This document shows, piece after piece, positions 27,301 to 37,809 of a DNA stretch of 64,000 nt. Origin of the DNA: Lytechinus pictus (taxonomy: Eukaryota). Position 1 is the first letter of the stretch. The number at the start of each line of letters is the position of its first letter. The translations under genes and the position numbers were made by a program. The notes beneath the pieces are model-generated. The model saw only the letters and a program-made list of their open reading frames with translations, made no database searches and was not told where the DNA came from. The stretch is taken from assembly GCF_037042905.1 (NCBI RefSeq), contig NC_087246.1, positions 3,722,001-3,786,000 on the forward strand, given 5' to 3'.

Positions 27301-28569
27301 TTATCTAATGATATTGACCTTTGTTGTTCACAGTTGATGCTATAACCACCAACATGTTACTATTTTCTGAGGGGAGAGCTGAAGGGTACGGTAGAAGACA
27401 CCCAAGCGTAGCTAGCTCAGCCAGCGAGGCAGGGGAGACTGAAGGGGTGTTATCTGGACCTGCTTTACACAGTGAGTTTATCCCTTTCCCCCAAGCCCTC
27501 ATCTAATCTGGAGCCTGTAATACAAAGTTTTAGCAATTGATCATAAAGTTGATCTATATGCTTGATTACACTCAATGATCAGTATTATCAATCATAAAAA
27601 TCAGTTGTATGATCAAATACTATGCTTTGTGATATCGATCCCTGAATACATACATGCAGTGAACTGAGGAACCTAGCATCTAAACACTACAGAAATGTCT
27701 CTGTATCAGAGACGTAAGTTTCAACTGACCAAAATGGAAGTTTAGTGATGAAAATTATAGTATCCATTTTTTTACTGAGGTTATGACAACTTTTGAAAAA
27801 AATGAATATGATTAACAGGTAATTCATAATTTCCCCTGTAATATGTATTAAATAAATGAAGCATGCTATTCTGCCCTAGGGCAGTGGCGGAATCTCCGAC
27901 CCAACTGGCTGGAAGTCATTTACGGCATTGTGGTAAAAACAAGTAATTAAACTTATGGCTCTATGATGACTATATCATATTTCAATATCATTGGAGAGCT
28001 AAGCTCGTGTAGCTTGTTCCTTGATAGCCAAATTTTCTAGCTTGAACTTTGAGAAGGTATCTACTTACACCATCGTTTGTACCTTTGCTGCACCTAGCAA
28101 CACCACATTCCCTTAGCATTTATTAGAGACATGTACTCTTATCCAAAGTTACCAAATGACAAATCACAAATTTATGCACTGAATAGTACACAGATTATCA
28201 TCATCTGCTAGCAAGGATTTTCCCATTGGTTCATCACAGGTCACCTGATAAGGCACATTTCAATGAAGTTTGGAAAAGTCCACAGATTGATTGATAAAAT
28301 TTTTTGTGATATTGACACAATGTAATATTAATAGACTCAACCCTTTTATGGAATGAAAATTCGTGTTCATATTGTATAACTGGATATTTTATGAATCATT
28401 TTCAGCTGTTAATGCTATCACATCAAAATGGTGGGGCAGTAAGAGGCTGGACTTCGCCCTCTATTGTCCCGAGGCACTGCAGGCATTCCCGACTGGCGCC
28501 CTCCCTCATCTATTCCATGCCAGTTACTGGGAGTCAACAGATACCATAGCTTTCATTCTAAGACAGGTA

Positions 28570-28602
<33 letters not shown>

Positions 28603-31600
28603 TGAGAGAATAAACTTAAATATAAGTTAAGTTGGAAGTTGTTCTATATATTAACTACTTTGATTTGGAGCGTGGAGTGTTGTGGCCTAATGAATTAGTC
28701 TTATGACTTTGAAACAGAGGGATGTGGGTTCGAATCCCAGCTATGGCGTAATTTCCTTCAGCAAGAAATTTATCCACATTGTGCTGCACTCAACCCAGGT
28801 GAGGTGAATGGGTACCCGGCAGGATTAATTCCTTGAATGCATGAGCGCTGAAAGGCAGCTCGAGCTAAAGCTGGGGTAATGATAATAATAACAACGCGCC
28901 TCGGAATAGAATATTTCTAGATAGATGGCGCTATATAAATGCCTATTATTATTATTATTTTAGGCTAACATGTATATTGGTCTTGCAATGTATTTGTGAA
29001 TGTTAAACTTAGGCCTTTCAACCCCTCCGCACTACCCGATCCTACTAAAATGACATTTTTTACATTAAATATGAAAGATCAAAGAAGTAAATTATTGTAT
29101 TTCAAGTTTTGCATAATGCTAGGAATGATAAATTCAAAATTCTGCTTTGCTGAAAGACTGATGGTCTGACTAAAATCACCTTCAAGCCGCAGACGATAAT
29201 TACATCATTACAATTTGGAGAAAAAAAATAATTTGCTTCTATTCCTTAAGGGAGGCTCAAAATAGACTGAAAGTTTGGTTCTATTATTAACACCACTATT
29301 TGGAACAAATTGTTAAGAATTTATAGCTTGGAATGTTCATATCAAATGCTGCTATGATTTCTTTGAAAATCAAATCGCAATGAACAAATCATGTAGGATG
29401 CTTGCAAGCATCTTTTTATCTCTACTCATCATATTTTATCATACACAAATCAATAGGGTATTTAGTAAAGCTGCTGTGAAAGATGTTTAATGGGATCCCT
29501 GCTAAAAAAAGAGGCAGATACAGGTATTGTTAGATACCTCTTGGATGACACCACATATACTCATGCGACATTTGCTCCTGGTGTAGTATCTCAGAGGGAA
29601 TAGGGTTTATTTAGTTTATTACGATATTAGGTTATATGTTGACTTTAATGTGCAGATTTTCCATCGGAGCAATTGTTACCAGATCAAATGTCATGGAACC
29701 ACCTTTTGACTCTGATATTGTCTTTAATGTTTCAGGTGTTTCACAATGACAGTGTGATGTGATTTGGTAGAATTGACTTGATACCTTTTGACCCTGATAT
29801 TGTCTTTAATGTTTCAGGTGTTTCACAATGACAGTGGGATGTGATTTGGTAGAATTGACTTGATACCTTTTGACCCTGATGTTGTCTTTAATGTTTCAGG
29901 TGTTTCACAATGACAGTGGGATGTGATTTGGTAGAATTGACTTGATACCTTTTGACCCTGATGTTGTCTTTAATGTTTCAGGTGTTTCACAATGACAGTG
30001 TGATGTGAATTGGTAGAATTGACTTGATACCTTTTGACCCTGATATTGTCTTTAATGTTTCAGGTGTTTCACAATGACAGTGTGATGTGATTTGGTAGAA
30101 TTGACTTGATACCTTTTGACCCTGATATTGTCTTTAATGTTTCAGGTGTTTCACAATGACAGTGGGATGTGATTTGGTAGAATTGACTTGATACCTTTTG
30201 ACCCTGATGTTGTCTTTAATGTTTCAGGTGTTTCACAATGACAGTGGGATGTGATTTGGTAGAATTGACTTGATACCTTTTGACCCTGATATTGTCTTTA
30301 ATGTTTCAGGTGTTTCACAATGACAGTGGGATGTGAATTGGTAGAATTGACTTGATACCTTTTGACCCTGATGTTGTCTTTAATGTTTCAGGTGTTTCAC
30401 AATGACAGTGTGATGTGAATTGGTAGAATTGACTTGATACCTTTTGACCCTGATATTGTCTTTAATGTTTCAGGTGTTTCACAATGACAGTGTGATGTGA
30501 ATTGGTAGAATTGACTTGATACCTTTTGACCCTGATGTTGTCTTTAATGTTTCAGGTGTTTCACAATGACAGTGTGATGTGATTTGGTAGAATTGACTTG
30601 ATACCTTTTGACCCTGATGTTGTCTTTAATGTTTCAGGTGTTTCACAATGACAGTGTGATGTGATTTGGTAGAATTGACTTGATACCTTTTGACCCTGAT
30701 ATTGTCTTTAATGTTTCAGGTGTTTCACAATGACAGTGTGATGTGAATTGGTAGAATTGACTTGATACCTTTTGACCCTGATATTGTCTTTAATGTTTCA
30801 GGTGTTTCACAATGACAGTGTGATGTGAATTGGTAGAATTGACTTGATACCTTTTGACCCTGATATTGTCTTTAATGTTTCAGGTGTATCACAATGACAG
30901 TGTGATGTGATTTGGTAGAATTGACTTGATACCTTTTGACCCTGATGTTGTCTTTAATGTTTCAGGTGTTTCACAATGACAGTGTGATGTGAATTGGTAG
31001 AATTGACTTGATACCTTTTGACCCTGATATTGTCTTTAATGTTTCAGGTGTTTCACAATGACAGTGTGATGTGAATTGGTAGAATTGACTTGATACCTTT
31101 TGACCCTGATATTGTCTTTAATGTTTCAGGTGTTTCACAATGACAGTGTGATGTGAATTGGTAGAATTGACTTGATACCTTTTGACCCTGATATTGTCTT
31201 TAATGTTTCAGGTGTTTCACAATGACAGTGTGATGTGATTTGGTAGAATTGACTTGATACCTTTTGACCCTGATGTTGTCTTTAATGTTTCAGGTGTTTC
31301 ACAATGACAGTGTGATGTGAATTGGTAGAATTGACTTGATACCTTTTGACCCTGATATTGTCTTTAATGTTTCAGGTGTTTCACAATGACAGTGTGATGT
31401 GAATTGGTAGAATTGACTTGATACCTTTTGACCCTGATATTGTCTTTAATGTTTCAGGTGTTTCACAATGACAGTGTGATGTGAATTGGTAGAATTGACT
31501 TGATACCTTTTGACCCTGATATTGTCTTAAATGTTTCAGGTGTTTCACAATGACAGTGTGATGTGAATTGGTAGAATTGACTTGATACCTTTTGACCCTG

Positions 31601-34600
31601 ATATTGTCTTTAATGTTTCAGGTGTTTCACAATGACAGTGTGATGTGAATTGGTAGAATTGACTTGATACCTTTTGACCCTGATATTGTCTTTAACCCTT
31701 TCCACGCGTACTTCGCACCAATGCACACTCGGTGCCGTGCGAACTCTGCATTTCACACTCAACAAATAATGCATTGTTTCCCTCCCTGAAAATAATTCAG
31801 TACAGATGGGTTCATGGTCCAGCGCACAAAGAGTTAATGTTTCAGGTGTTTCACAATGACAGTGTGATGTGAATTGGTAGAATTGACTTGATACCTTTTG
31901 ACCCTGATGGTGTCTTTAATGTTTCAGGTGTTTCACAATGACAGTGTGAGTGTACACGCTGGTGATGGGACGGCTGTTGCTAACTTCATTCCTGCCCAGC
32001 CAAGAGAAAAATGGCAGCGCAAAAGAACCTCAGTGAAAATGAAGGTGAGATAGGAAATCATTTCAGTGCTTGGAGAAGTATTTTATTAGAAACCTTTTCA
32101 TTAAAAAAAAAATCTTATGTTGTTGACATTGGTGTGTAAGTGCTGTTTTGTTCACATAAATGAGGCCCCACAAACTTTGCGGATCTCATGACTTCAGTTT
32201 TCTTGTGGAATAAAGATGAAACTTCTTGTTAAGATCTGATTAAAGTTTTGTTTTATCCATTCAAAGGTGCATGTCTCTATCGAATTCTTTCCTCATTTAT
32301 ATGAATATGTAAGCCCTACACTGGTTATGATGTAAAGACATATAAAGAATGAGATTGAGTGTTATTGGATATATTTTGTGTTTTTACATTACACTTAATT
32401 TTGCTGGAAGGATAGATGAACAGAAACAAGCGTTTATATGAAGGCCTTCTTCAAACCTAATAGAAACAAAAGTAGAAGAGTTACCCGTTCAGAGTGTACG
32501 TAACTATTATAGCAATGAAACTATGCATTGACAATAATGATTTTATGTGACCTGGGCTTATCTTTAATAACCTTTATATTGTTTTGTATATTTATATTTC
32601 TTTCCAAGAATACGATATCAAACCAGCCTGACTTTGATGTAATCGCTATATATCCTTTTTTCCAAACAGCAAAGTGTAAATCCTAATCACAGAGCTAAGG
32701 ATGTTGTAGTAGTAGAGGGTTCTCCTCAGATGTTAGTAGGAAGATTTATGTACAGTACATTGGACATGGTTACATTAACTGGAGAAAAGGTTTGTAGAAT
32801 TAATCATCAGGAATACTCCTCTTCATGTTTATATACTTGTTTCTGTGAGTATAGATAACGAATGTGATGTTAACATGTTGCACATTGTTTTATTTTTCTG
32901 CAATCTGATTTTGACCCCCCCCCAAAAAAAAAAAAAAAAAAAATCTAGTTATGTTATATTGTGTCATCAAAATCATATATTCCCACAGTAATATTGTATG
33001 AATATTGGAGTTGAATAATAATGCTATTGTGAGTTCCTTGTAAGGATTAAGTAAAATGAATTTTAATTGTATTTGCATCAAATAAATCTTGAGATTAATA
33101 ACATTTTGGATCCAACTCGGTTTTCATTCTTAACTTGCAGTTCAATGAAATTAAGCTTTCATCATTCTCATATGAAAATGATAAATATAGTAATAATGAG
33201 GATAATCATATATAATATTTGCAATGGCCTATATACCATTTTTTTTTAAGTGCATGAAACGGGAGAAAAATGATGAAAGACCCCAAGATAGGTTAAGAAT
33301 ATTGAATTGTGGGCAAATAGTACACACAAATATTCATGTTGATCATGAAATAAGAGAAATTTAGTTCATCATATTTTGGGAAAATGCAAATTACTATTTG
33401 GGTGGAAATCTGGATTTTGACAACATTTCACTTGAGATTATTGAAAATCAAACATACTGTTATTATCATTATCATATATTAGGCTATATTTGTTTTTGTT
33501 AACTTTTTGACTCCTGCCATTTAACAGGTGTTCCATTTTCCATTTATTTCTCTTATAATCTTTATTTACTATGCTTATGTATTTGATTTATTCTTTTTTT
33601 GTATACATGTATATTTCAACTCTACATATTTTGATGTTCTTAATGGAAAAGAATAAATGAATTGACCTGAATTGAAAAATAGAATTAAACTTGATAATTC
33701 AAGAGGATACATAAAAGATACTTGGAACTTGGTGTTATGTTAAATGAGTATTGAGAGAATGTGATGTATGAAAATACTTTCCTTTGATTGGTTGTAGGTG
33801 GACATTCACATAATGACACAACCTCCCTCTGGAGAATGGGTTCATTTTGCAACTGAAGTAACCAGTAGTAACGGCAGGGTTTCATATACCATTCCAGAAG
33901 CAAGAAGATTGGGTCAGGGTATTTATCCAGTCAAGATGGTTGTCAGGTCAGCAAACTTTTTTTTTTAAACATTTTCAATTTACTTATTGATTTAGTTATT
34001 AGGCATTTAACTATGAAGATCCACATATTTTCATTTGAATCCCAAAGCAAAATGTTTCATTTTTGTTTACTATTCAAAATGTGAAAACCCAGTATTTCTT
34101 TTTTATTGTAGCGGAAAGCCTTATATCTCAGTCAAGCCATTATTTTGTGGATTATAAAACAATAAACTAAAATGTTGCCTGTATTTGAGTTAAACCAAAG
34201 TCTGTTAACCGATTGCCTACTGACTTTTGTAATTTCCATAGGTTTTGTTCTGGAATCACATATGAAACATGTTAAGAGAATAAAAAAATGAAGAAATATG
34301 AGTTATAAACATGAATTATAATGATGCAGGTGAATGTACTCGTACTACAGAATCAATTAGGCATAGGTGAACATTGAAGGAAAATCATAAATGATTGAGA
34401 GAATATGAATTTTCTTTGTGAGGCATTAGACACTAATATATAGGGAAACTCTGCAATGTTCTTATTTTCAGCTTCTGACTGCTGATGTAGTCCCACACCC
34501 TTGGGATTCAATGTTAGCAGGTATGATAAGCAAAGATTAGGGCTAGTGATATCTTAAAGGTAATATTTTGTGGTAGGCTCATATATAAGTAGATTTATCA

Positions 34601-37600
34601 TGGGAGCAATAATTTTAAGAGCAAATACAAAGAAATCAGTTATTTATCTACACTGGAATGACATTTCCAAAGATTTTGTTTTAGATTCCAATAGAAAATA
34701 ATATTCATTTATCATTTTAACCAGGGGTGACCATACATCAGCAGACTCTTATTTGACTGTTGTACCACCTAAGACTGAGTGTGTAGTGTTTAGCATAGAC
34801 GGGTCATTTACAGCTAGCGTCTCTATCATGGGTCGTGACCCCAAGGTCAGGGCTGGGGCAGTCGATGTTGTGAGGTAAGAATCTTTTTGAAATCTTGTTT
34901 TCCTTGTATTATTTTGTTCATTGCAATTGAATTGTTTCAATGTAATTATGTAGTTTAATCTTCAAAATGATAATGTTCACTTGCTAAATATTGACATTAA
35001 AAAACTGTGTAATTTGATCACACTGTAATGCTTCAAGAATTCAATGTTAAAATGAACCTGTTTTGTTAAATGCCAAGAGCATGTTTATAACTACATACCT
35101 TTCATTCCTTGTCTCTTATCTACATTCTTAATCTTTTATTCACTTACATAAGGTTATATATTCTGTTGTGATGTTTGTAGGAAACTAATTTCTCTGTCAT
35201 TAAAAACGGTGAAATACCCTCTACCCTCTTGTATCTATTCATACAGTTGTTTACAGGAGTCGATACCACATGTTTATCTTAGTTTATGATGCAGTCTGTG
35301 CAAGCACAGATACTGGGAAGGGGCAAAAGAGACACATGCTTCCGTTTTTACAGACTTCTCTTTTCTTGCCTATCAGAAAATCTACCCTGTATAATCTTTA
35401 ACCTGTAACTGAGTCTGTATACGTAATTTGATGCAATATCATGCCAGCCCCACAGATGTTATCAGGTTCCCAAGTATGTGTAAATTACTGTGTTAATGAA
35501 GCAATAATATTGGTTGTACATACAGACACTGGCAGGAGCTCAACTACCTAATCATCTACGTCACAGCTAGACCAAGTATGCAGAAACAAAAAGTAGTCTC
35601 ATGGTTAGCGCAACACAACTTCCCTCATGGGGTGGTCTCATTCTGTGATGGCATCACCACCGATCCGTTACGACAGAAAGCAAACTATCTCAAGGGGCTT
35701 GTCGATCAGGTAGGTTGTAATTTTTAAATTAGAATGATTTATTTATAAAAAGGGACATTTTTCACGGCCTAGATGCTGAATTGTAAAATATAGAAATTTC
35801 CATCAGTAAAATATTTCATAATTTTTACATTCTGTTCTTAGTGAGTCAAGCGTAGATCCAAAATTGACTTGATAGTAGCAAATTGTTTTCATAGTATGGT
35901 ATAAATCAAGCTATCATTACATCTACATGAATGTCAGTAAGGAAATAGATATGTTATCAAGTCAAATCCGTGGGGACCTTATAAATATGTTTGACCTGTA
36001 GCACATTGTTTTGTATGATCAGGGGCCCGTAACGCAAAGCTTAGCAATGATCATAGAACATTTTTCTTTGATTGATTCCATTGACTACGATGTACAATCA
36101 ATCGTGAAAATCAAGCGTACGATTAATTGGTAACCTTTGTGCTACAGGACCCTGGTATAAAATATTGATTGGACCTGGAGAATGTTTTACTAATGGAAGT
36201 TCTCCTGTACTTTCATTATGTCAAACCTCAAGATGATATAAGGTCTACAAAGTGTACTCTGTGTTAATGAATGTAAAATGACACATCTTCATCTGGAACT
36301 TAATGAACTCTTGATATGAATCAGAGCAGCTGATCTGTCCGCATTATTCTCCAAATTTCTGATACACAATATATTGAATCAAAACTTCTCTTACAGCACA
36401 TATATATGCGTGTTGAATATATATGGGTATTTCTACATATATTGTACCGTGTACGCACATGAATACATATCAAGCTACAATACATCAACAATACAATCAA
36501 ATGTAAGATTAAGCATAAATGTAAGTCTGTGTATGGAATACCAAATGTAACAAGTTACAAATTCTTGTAGTTATTTAAATGTATCTCTACATGCGTGTTT
36601 ATTTTTCTTCATATACAGAGCAAACTGGTTATACATGCTGCATATGGTTCAAGCAAGGACATTCCTATTTACTGTAGCATTGGTCTCAAACCAACTCAGA
36701 TCTACATCGTGGGAAAGGTCTCAAAGAAATACCAATCACAGGCAGTCGTAAGTCAGCTTCAGCTTTCATGTAGAACTAATTACCATGGTAACATGGCTCA
36801 GTAACCAACCACAATGTTTCCATAGTAGTGGCGGCTCTAATAGCAAAGTTACTGTAATCAGAAGTCTTTATGAAATAGGATCATGGGCTAGCCATTCATG
36901 ATGCATCTTGTCAAGTGATTTTCACTGACAATTTTGATATCAACCAATCAGATGTGAAGATTTTAGTAGATTATAACAGTTCTGGTAAAATCACAGACTA
37001 AAAGCATCATTAAATATTCTGTCTCAGGATCATCCCTCACAAAGAAATAAAAGTTAGCAATTTTACTGTGCAATCCCATGGTCGTCAGTTGGAAAGTTAG
37101 GTTCTGGAAAACTTTGAAAGCAATTTATGAGATTGTAAGTACTTGTTATGACTTGTTTAAAGAATGTTAAGGTAATGTCATTTCATGCCAAGCATGACGA
37201 GAAGTGTTTTGTCCCAGTGTTCTTGACAGATTTGTGTGTGGTCCCATGTACTTGTTTCCTTGTACAGTGTTATGTTTTTGTGAGAGTAAGCAGATTCCCT
37301 CTCAATTGGAATGTTATAGCTGGTAGATATGTGATATAAATATTTCCCAATGCCTGTTGTATCCTGACATTGTTACAGGTAATATTCATTTTTAGGCAGT
37401 TTTCTTGATATTTTCTTGATATAAGATATTTATCTTATTGCACTTGTGTAATGTATGAATTGATAAGCTTTGTAGAAAGCCTTGATGCATGCACATTAGA
37501 TGATGTGATTTAATTTCTGTTTTTTTTTATTTACTTCAGGTCCTAAGTGACGGGTATGCCGCTCACCTTGATGGGGTTAGTCGATGCTCCCGTCCTGCTG

Positions 37601-37809
37601 TAGGAAACGCCCGTCTGGCTCTCAGAAAAGGTTGCTTTAGCCTGCCAGGTCAATCAAAGCCAGTTAGACCAGCCAAACAACCTGCAACTAGAACTGCATC
37701 CTACCACGGCATTAGCCCATCTGGACCAACGGGTATTGGGTCCGGAGGGAGTGGGACAACGCGTACATTGAGTAGAGCAACACAGGGTTCAGTCAAGTTT
37801 GAGGTGTGA
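6249..37809 (+). CDS. PITPNM: Membrane-associated phosphatidylinositol transfer protein (PITPNM/rdgB/Nir family), 5'-partial, 16 exons: 6249-6347, 16647-16730, 20774-21023, 22431-22638, 23072-23457, 25382-25635, 26312-26482, 27334-27471, 28406-28566, 31928-32044, 32670-32789, 33798-33946, 34725-34874, 35526-35709, 36619-36747, 37540-37809
   Basis: Manual splicing gives all GT-AG introns with consistent phases and one open frame of about 955 aa. Family motifs: FFAT ([10 protein letters not shown]), [27 protein letters not shown] ([50 protein letters not shown]), LNS2 ([52 protein letters not shown]). Confidence 0.95.
6851..11223. mobile_element. Foldback-type element with modular long inverted arms (about 4.4 kb)
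   Basis: Termini CTGTTGCACCCACAAATGTAATAA / TTATTACATTTGTGGGTGTAACAG; outer repeats of about 19-24 bp (CCCACAAATGTAATAA); inner repeats of about 49-50 bp (AAAGTCTTTTTTCCAGACCCGGTT...), forward to about 9800 and inverted afterwards; candidate 3-bp TSD GGC. Confidence 0.85.
11526..12432. mobile_element. Non-autonomous hAT-like element with 6-bp TSD
   Basis: Ends CAGGCTCAAAT / ATATGAGCCCTG; GAATCA on both sides; subterminal GGGCA motifs. Confidence 0.55.
16647..16730 (+). CDS. PITPNM: PITPNM exon
   Basis: atatag|AT TGG...; [28 protein letters not shown] (resembles the family WSS.D motif); G|gtatgt; phase 1-1. Confidence 0.8.
17058..18543 (+). mobile_element. Helentron-associated non-autonomous element (HINE/DINE-like)
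   Basis: Inserted in a T run; subTIR AGCTCATCCGG...CCGGATGAGCT (18513-18523); 5' hairpin; short GTCC microsatellite; core tandem repeats of about 150-170 bp; ends CTAG|TTT. Confidence 0.8.
18775..19041 (+). mobile_element. tRNA-derived SINE inserted in the LINE
   Basis: A-box TGGCCCAGTGG, B-box-like GGTTTGAATCC, core GCTGCACTCAACCCAGGTG..AATGGGTACC, TAT tail, TSD TATTGTG. Confidence 0.85.
20774..21023 (+). CDS. PITPNM: PITPNM exon
   Basis: catcag|AT GAA...; [15 protein letters not shown]...AHFP...KLVSCP; AG|gtagga. Confidence 0.93.
21247..21453 (+). mobile_element. tRNA-derived SINE (second family)
   Basis: GTGGCCAAGTGGTCTAAGGC A-box, GGTTCGATCCC B-box, (AAT)n tail, 13-bp TSD ATAATTGTGGAAA. 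Confidence 0.8.
21592..22333. mobile_element. Tc1/mariner-type MITE with long inverted arms
   Basis: TA|CAGTGCGTCCCACAAAAAACGAAACCGAGATTTA ... TAAATCTCGGTTTCGTTTTTTCTGGGACGCACTG|TA; internal arms also inverted. Confidence 0.9.
22431..22638 (+). CDS. PITPNM: PITPNM exon
   Basis: atatag|C CTT...; [18 protein letters not shown]...[19 protein letters not shown]|gtatct. Confidence 0.93.
23072..23457 (+). CDS. PITPNM: PITPNM exon
   Basis: cccag|[20 protein letters not shown] then a Ser/Pro-rich linker; AG|gtaaac. Confidence 0.92.
23728..25021 (+). mobile_element. HINE-like element (host of a second HINE)
   Basis: T-run insertion; subTIR GTCTTGCCTGCAT ... ATGCAGGCGAGA; core repeats containing CAAGGTCAAAGGTCA; ends CTTG|TTT. 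Confidence 0.75.
24425..24924 (+). mobile_element. HINE-like element nested in the previous one
   Basis: TTTT|GTCTCGCCCAC ... GTGGGCGAGAC, short 3' hairpin, CTTG|TTTT; two core repeats of about 157 bp. Confidence 0.75.
25382..25635 (+). CDS. PITPNM: PITPNM exon (start of DDHD domain)
   Basis: ttacag|G TAT; ...[25 protein letters not shown]|gtaagt. Confidence 0.92.
25965..26193. mobile_element. Harbinger-like MITE (same family as 40021-40250)
   Basis: Imperfect inverted ends (CCGTATTCT...AGAATATGAGCC); GTACCATGG subterminal motifs. Confidence 0.6.
26312..26482 (+). CDS. PITPNM: PITPNM exon (DDHD domain)
   Basis: caccag|[30 protein letters not shown]...[11 protein letters not shown]|gtaagt. 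Confidence 0.94.
26747..27191. mobile_element. hAT-like MITE with 6-bp TSD
   Basis: TIR CAGACTTGCCAACC / GGTTGGTAGGTCTG; CCTATG duplicated on both sides; subterminal AGTACGTTTTT repeats. Confidence 0.8.
27334..27471 (+). CDS. PITPNM: PITPNM exon
   Basis: tcacag|[18 protein letters not shown]...[13 protein letters not shown]|gtgagt; phase-consistent. Confidence 0.85.
27511..27642. mobile_element. Short Harbinger-like MITE (family also at 36023-36152, 55979-56236, about 63284-63420)
   Basis: GCCTGTAATACAAAG ... CTTTGTGATATCGATCCC; degenerate copy. Confidence 0.5.
28406..28566 (+). CDS. PITPNM: PITPNM exon (end of DDHD domain)
   Basis: tttcag|[54 protein letters not shown]|gtaaga. Confidence 0.95.
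28667..28958 (+). mobile_element. tRNA-derived SINE (same head and core as 18775, different tail)
   Basis: GGTTCGAATCC B-box, shared core, (TAT)n tail. Confidence 0.85.
29701..31949 (+). repeat. 82-bp tandem array (24 intact units, 1 interrupted, 1 partial) made of the PITPNM splice acceptor plus the first 22 exon nt
   Basis: Unit accttttgaccctgatRttgtctttaatgtttcagGTGTTTCACAATGACAGTGKGAtgtgaWttggtagaattgacttgat with exact 82-nt period from 29701 to 31669; the last unit runs into the coding exon. Confidence 0.97.
31696..31833. mobile_element. 138-bp TTAA-specific insertion (piggyBac-like MITE) in unit 25 of the array
   Basis: TTAA duplicated at 31692-31695 and 31834-31837; all other units show the empty site; imperfect ends CCCTTTCCACGC / GCGCACAAAGAG. 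Confidence 0.8.
31928..32044 (+). CDS. PITPNM: PITPNM exon (its acceptor is the last unit of the 82-bp array)
   Basis: tttcag|[48 protein letters not shown]|gtgaga. Confidence 0.92.
32670..32789 (+). CDS. PITPNM: PITPNM exon
   Basis: aaacag|[45 protein letters not shown]|gtttgt. Confidence 0.92.
33798..33946 (+). CDS. PITPNM: PITPNM exon
   Basis: ttgtag|[36 protein letters not shown]...[11 protein letters not shown]|gtcagc. Confidence 0.94.
34725..34874 (+). CDS. PITPNM: PITPNM exon (LNS2 domain start)
   Basis: aaccag|[55 protein letters not shown]|gtaaga. Confidence 0.95.
35526..35709 (+). CDS. PITPNM: PITPNM exon (LNS2 domain)
   Basis: atacag|[58 protein letters not shown]|gtaggt. Confidence 0.95.
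36023..36152. mobile_element. Harbinger-like MITE
   Basis: GGGCCCGTAACGCAAAG ... CTTTGTGCTACAGGACCC, CAG/CTG flanks. Confidence 0.65.
36619..36747 (+). CDS. PITPNM: PITPNM exon (LNS2 domain)
   Basis: atacag|[39 protein letters not shown]|gtaagt. Confidence 0.94.
37540..37809 (+). CDS. PITPNM: PITPNM last coding exon
   Basis: cttcag|[13 protein letters not shown]...[14 protein letters not shown]...GSVKFEV then TGA. Confidence 0.9.
   Translation, partial: VLSDGYAAHLDGVSRCSRPAVGNARLALRKGCFSLPGQSKPVRPAKQPATRTASYHGISPSGPTGIGSGGSGTTRTLSRATQGSVKFEV

Noticed and set aside
29701..31949. CRISPR-like array
   Set aside because: Contiguous near-identical 82-bp units with no unique spacers, no cas genes, and a eukaryotic intron context.
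23081..34810. Degenerate catalytic motifs GDCMG (lipase-like) and SIDGS (HAD-like) as a novelty or pseudogene sign
   Set aside because: Such substitutions are normal for PITPNM/rdgB proteins, and the reading frame is intact.
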